Shown in pieces: positions 60,705-64,000 of a DNA stretch of 64,000 bases. Made by a program: the position numbers and the translations under genes. The DNA lies in NCBI RefSeq assembly GCF_009914755.1, contig NC_060928.1. One strand, 5' to 3'. The notes under the pieces were generated by a model. That model was not told the DNA's origin. It saw nothing but the letters and a program-made list of their open reading frames with translations, and made no database searches. Source of the DNA: the human T2T-CHM13v2.0 reference genome, Homo sapiens. How positions within the stretch are numbered: the first letter of the stretch is position 1; each line of letters begins with the position of its first letter.

Positions 60705-62110
60705 TCTGCAGTAACCAAAACAGCATGGTACTTGTGCAAATGTAGACACACAGACCAGAATAGAAGAGAGACCCCTGAAATAAAGCTATACATATATAAC
60801 CACCCATTCTTTGACAAAGTCAACAAAAATAAATAATGGGGAAAGATAGCTTATTTACTTTTTAATAAGTGATACTGGGAAAACTGGCTAACTACATGCA
60901 AAAGGATGAAACTGCACCCCTACTGATATGATTTGTATGTTTGTCCTATTCAAATATCATGTGGAAATGTAATTCCAAATATTGGAGGTGGGGTCTGGTG
61001 GGATGGGACTGGATCATGGCAGTCGATCATTCACGGATGGTTTAGCATCGTCCCCTTAGTGATAAGTGAGTTCTCACTCAGTTAGTTAACGTGACATCTG
61101 GTTGTTTAAAATAATCTGGGATCTTCCCCTTCTCTCTCTCTTGCTTGCTCTTGCCATGTGACATACGTGCTCCCACTTTGCCTTCTGCTATGAGTAAAAG
61201 CTCCTTAAGCCCTCACCAAAGCTTAGCAGATGCCAATGCCATGCTTCCTGTACAGCCTGCAGAATGGTGAGTCAATTAAATTTCTTTTCTTCATAAATTA
61301 CCCATATATATTATAGACAGTTCTCAAAAGAAGACATAAAAGTGGCCAAAAAAACATATGAAAAATGCTCAACATCACTAATCATCAGAGATACAAATAA
61401 AAATCACACTGGCCAGAATGGCTATTATGAAAACGTCAAAAAATAACAGATGTTGGCAAGATTGTGCAGAAAAGGGAATATTTATACAATGCTGGTGAAA
61501 TTGCAAATTAGTTCAGCCCCTGTGGAAAGCAATTTGGAGATTTCTCAAAAAATTAAAAATTGAATTTGACCCAACAATCTCATTATGGGTATATACTCAA
61601 AGAAAAATAAATCATTCAGCTAAAAAGATATCTGTCCTCCTATGTTTTTCACCACACTATTCACAATAGCAAAAACATGGAATCAACTGAGGTGCCCACT
61701 GATGGTGGATTGAATTTTTTAAAATGTGATACATAGATACAATGGAATATTACGCAGCCATGAAAAAGAATGAAATTATATCCCTTGCATAAACAAGGAT
61801 GCACTGAAGGCCATTATCCTAAGCAAATTAATGGAGAAACAGAAAACCAAATACCACATGTTCTCACTTACAAATGTGATCTAAACATTGGGTACACATA
61901 GACACAAAGATGGGAACAATAAACATTGGGGATTTCAAAAGAGAAGAAGGGAGGGGAGAAAGGGTCAAAAAACTACCTATCAAGTACTATGTTCACTGCC
62001 TGAAAGACAGAATCATTAGAAAACCAAACCTCAGCATCATGCAATATACCCATATAACAAACCTGCACATGTACCCCGAATCTAAAATTTTAAAATTAAT
62101 AATTTAAAAA
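60705..62110 (+). mobile_element. L1PB-like 3' fragment with a nested MST LTR and a deletion
   Basis: gtaaccaaaacagcatggtac; 3'UTR aaactacctatcaagtactatgttcact...ctcagcatcatgcaatatacc. Confidence 0.87.
60924..61304 (+). mobile_element. MSTA/B LTR, 3' end deleted
   Basis: tgatatgatttgtatgtttgtcc...cttcctgtacagcctgcagaa...ataaattaccca, then breaks off. Confidence 0.85.
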
Positions 62111-63852
62111 CTTTTAATATTGTTAAATAAAATTCTGTCAAAACAAATCTATGTCACAATTTCCAGTTTAATGAAACTTGGGATGTAACTTTTTTGCTTC
62201 TTTTCCCCTATGATTTCCTCCAGGCACTAGAGACTACAATTTGCATTCCTCTTGTCTTTACTGAAGGACTACAGTGTGCATATTGTCCAATTTGAAAACA
62301 TTTAAGAATACCATATGTATTAAGAATATATAACTAAGAAATAATATTTTTCTTACCACTGTCTCCACTATTTTTACCATTAAGTTCAATGGGTTAAATC
62401 TAATTTCTCAATCATGCTGAACATTCATATGTATTTGGCATATTAATTTTCAGATATACAAAATATCAATAATAAAACAAATATGCTTTGGAAATTTGCA
62501 AAAGATTAAGTATTTAAAGCATCAAAGAGGTAGCAATTTTGGTTCTAAAGTTCTTGCACTTTTCACTATGGCTCAGCTTCCATAAACACCATAATGCTTC
62601 CTTGCGTCCCTACGGGGTACCGTTCAATGAATGGTTCATTTATCAGCTTGTTTCAGAATAGAGAAAATATTGCCACATATAGTACCAAAAAATTTTATTG
62701 TGTCTTACAAATTGTGAGCATTTTTATAAAACAGTATGAGACAGTGTATAATGAGTGCATGACTTATTCTTAAAATAGTGAACTGAGACTCAAAATGTCA
62801 ACTTGTGTGAATGACAATTGTTTCGATGTGGAGTAAAATGTACTCTCTAGTTTCACTTGGTTGCTCTGTACTAGAAAGTGCTGAAGGAATCCAGCAGTGA
62901 TTAAGTAGGCTGTCAAATGGAATGTCTTTAGAGGGAGCCTAAACTATTATTTAGGTTGAAACAGTGGTATTAAAATCACAGCCATTAGGGACAAAGCAAA
63001 GAAAGAGTGAACTGCAAAATGTGCAAATCTGTATAAGGGATATGAATGGAAAGATGTTTTCCTGGCTACTAATATCTCAATTCTAAGACTCTATAATTGA
63101 TATACACTTGGAAAAGTGATGATGAGACATTTTCTAATAATGACATAATTCTCATCCATCATGGCTGGCCATCCATCAAAGCTTTGTGATGCTTTGATTG
63201 ATGAAATGAGAAGAAAGCAAGCATTCCCTGTTTTAGCTAAAGGACAGATTCATTTTAAAAATTGCACTCTGCTTTCAAGATTAAAATAAATCTCTTAATC
63301 AAGTGGATGTTATCAAATAAATGGCTAGCTAGTAACAGATCCTTAGGTCTTGTGATAGCAATTAATACTACCATGAAAACAGGTACACATAAGCACTACC
63401 ATTAGATTGCAAGAGTCAGCCCTTCCTATTGAAGCCCTCTTAACTTATGGGCTTCAGTGCATTCATGCCAGAGGTGCCTTGGATGCCTGACTGTGGGTCA
63501 CTGTTGGGCAAAGAAGACATCCACAATCATGAGAGCCAGAGTAGCATGTGGAGAACAGTATCTTGAATAAAATTAGTGCCAGGAGCTCAGGTGGGGAGAT
63601 AAGTGGATTAGAAGAAGCAAGCAAATCCAAGGCAAGGTTATTTGGGCTGATTCTGAAAATGGCAGTGTGCAGTAGGACAGGGATGATACCCATGTGTATG
63701 GAAGTTCTACTTAAAGTAAGTAGGATGAAATGAATCATGTGTGAATGTTTACCAACTCAGTATTGTGACTTGGAGGAGAAAAACAAACATATATTCCCGA
63801 GAAAGGCCAAATCCATGAGAGAAATGTGCATACTGTCCAATTTGAAAACATT

Positions 63853-63951
63853 TAAGAATATTATATGTATTAAGAATATATAACTGTATGTATTAAGAAT
63901 ATATACCATATGTATTAAGAATATATACTATATGTATTAAGAATGTATATA
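63853..63951. repeat. ~22-bp AT-rich minisatellite (tatgtattaagaatatata..), ~4-5 copies
   Basis: Seen directly. Confidence 0.9.
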
Positions 63952-64000
63952 AAGAGAAGGTGAAACAGTTTCTGGTGAAGTATATTTATTCTTTTCAAAC

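Overview
AT-rich primate genomic DNA, almost certainly human because it carries an L1HS-Ta element. It looks like a large intron or intergenic region. I recognise no host protein-coding exon, RNA gene or CRISPR-like system. All long ORFs derive from LINE-1, and the short ORFs are noise from repeats or AT-rich sequence. Roughly half or more of the window is interspersed repeat: a young 5'-truncated L1HS Ta-1, a twin-primed (5'-inverted) L1PA2/3, older L1PA/PB/M and L2 copies, Alus, MIRs, THE1/MST/MLT/LTR16 LTRs and hAT DNA transposons. Subfamily names come from recalled consensus features, not from an alignment. The most notable points are structural: (1) a Ta-1 insertion with no clear TSD that forms a ~1 kb inverted repeat with the neighbouring L1; (2) a TSD-flanked non-repeat insert, possibly an mRNA 3'-end retrocopy, inside a THE1 LTR; (3) a deletion-inversion inside the same THE1; (4) an LTR18-like AP-1 fragment fused into another THE1; (5) a mosaic local duplication; (6) several fold-back or template-switch scars. 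I found no convincing evidence of a new biological system.
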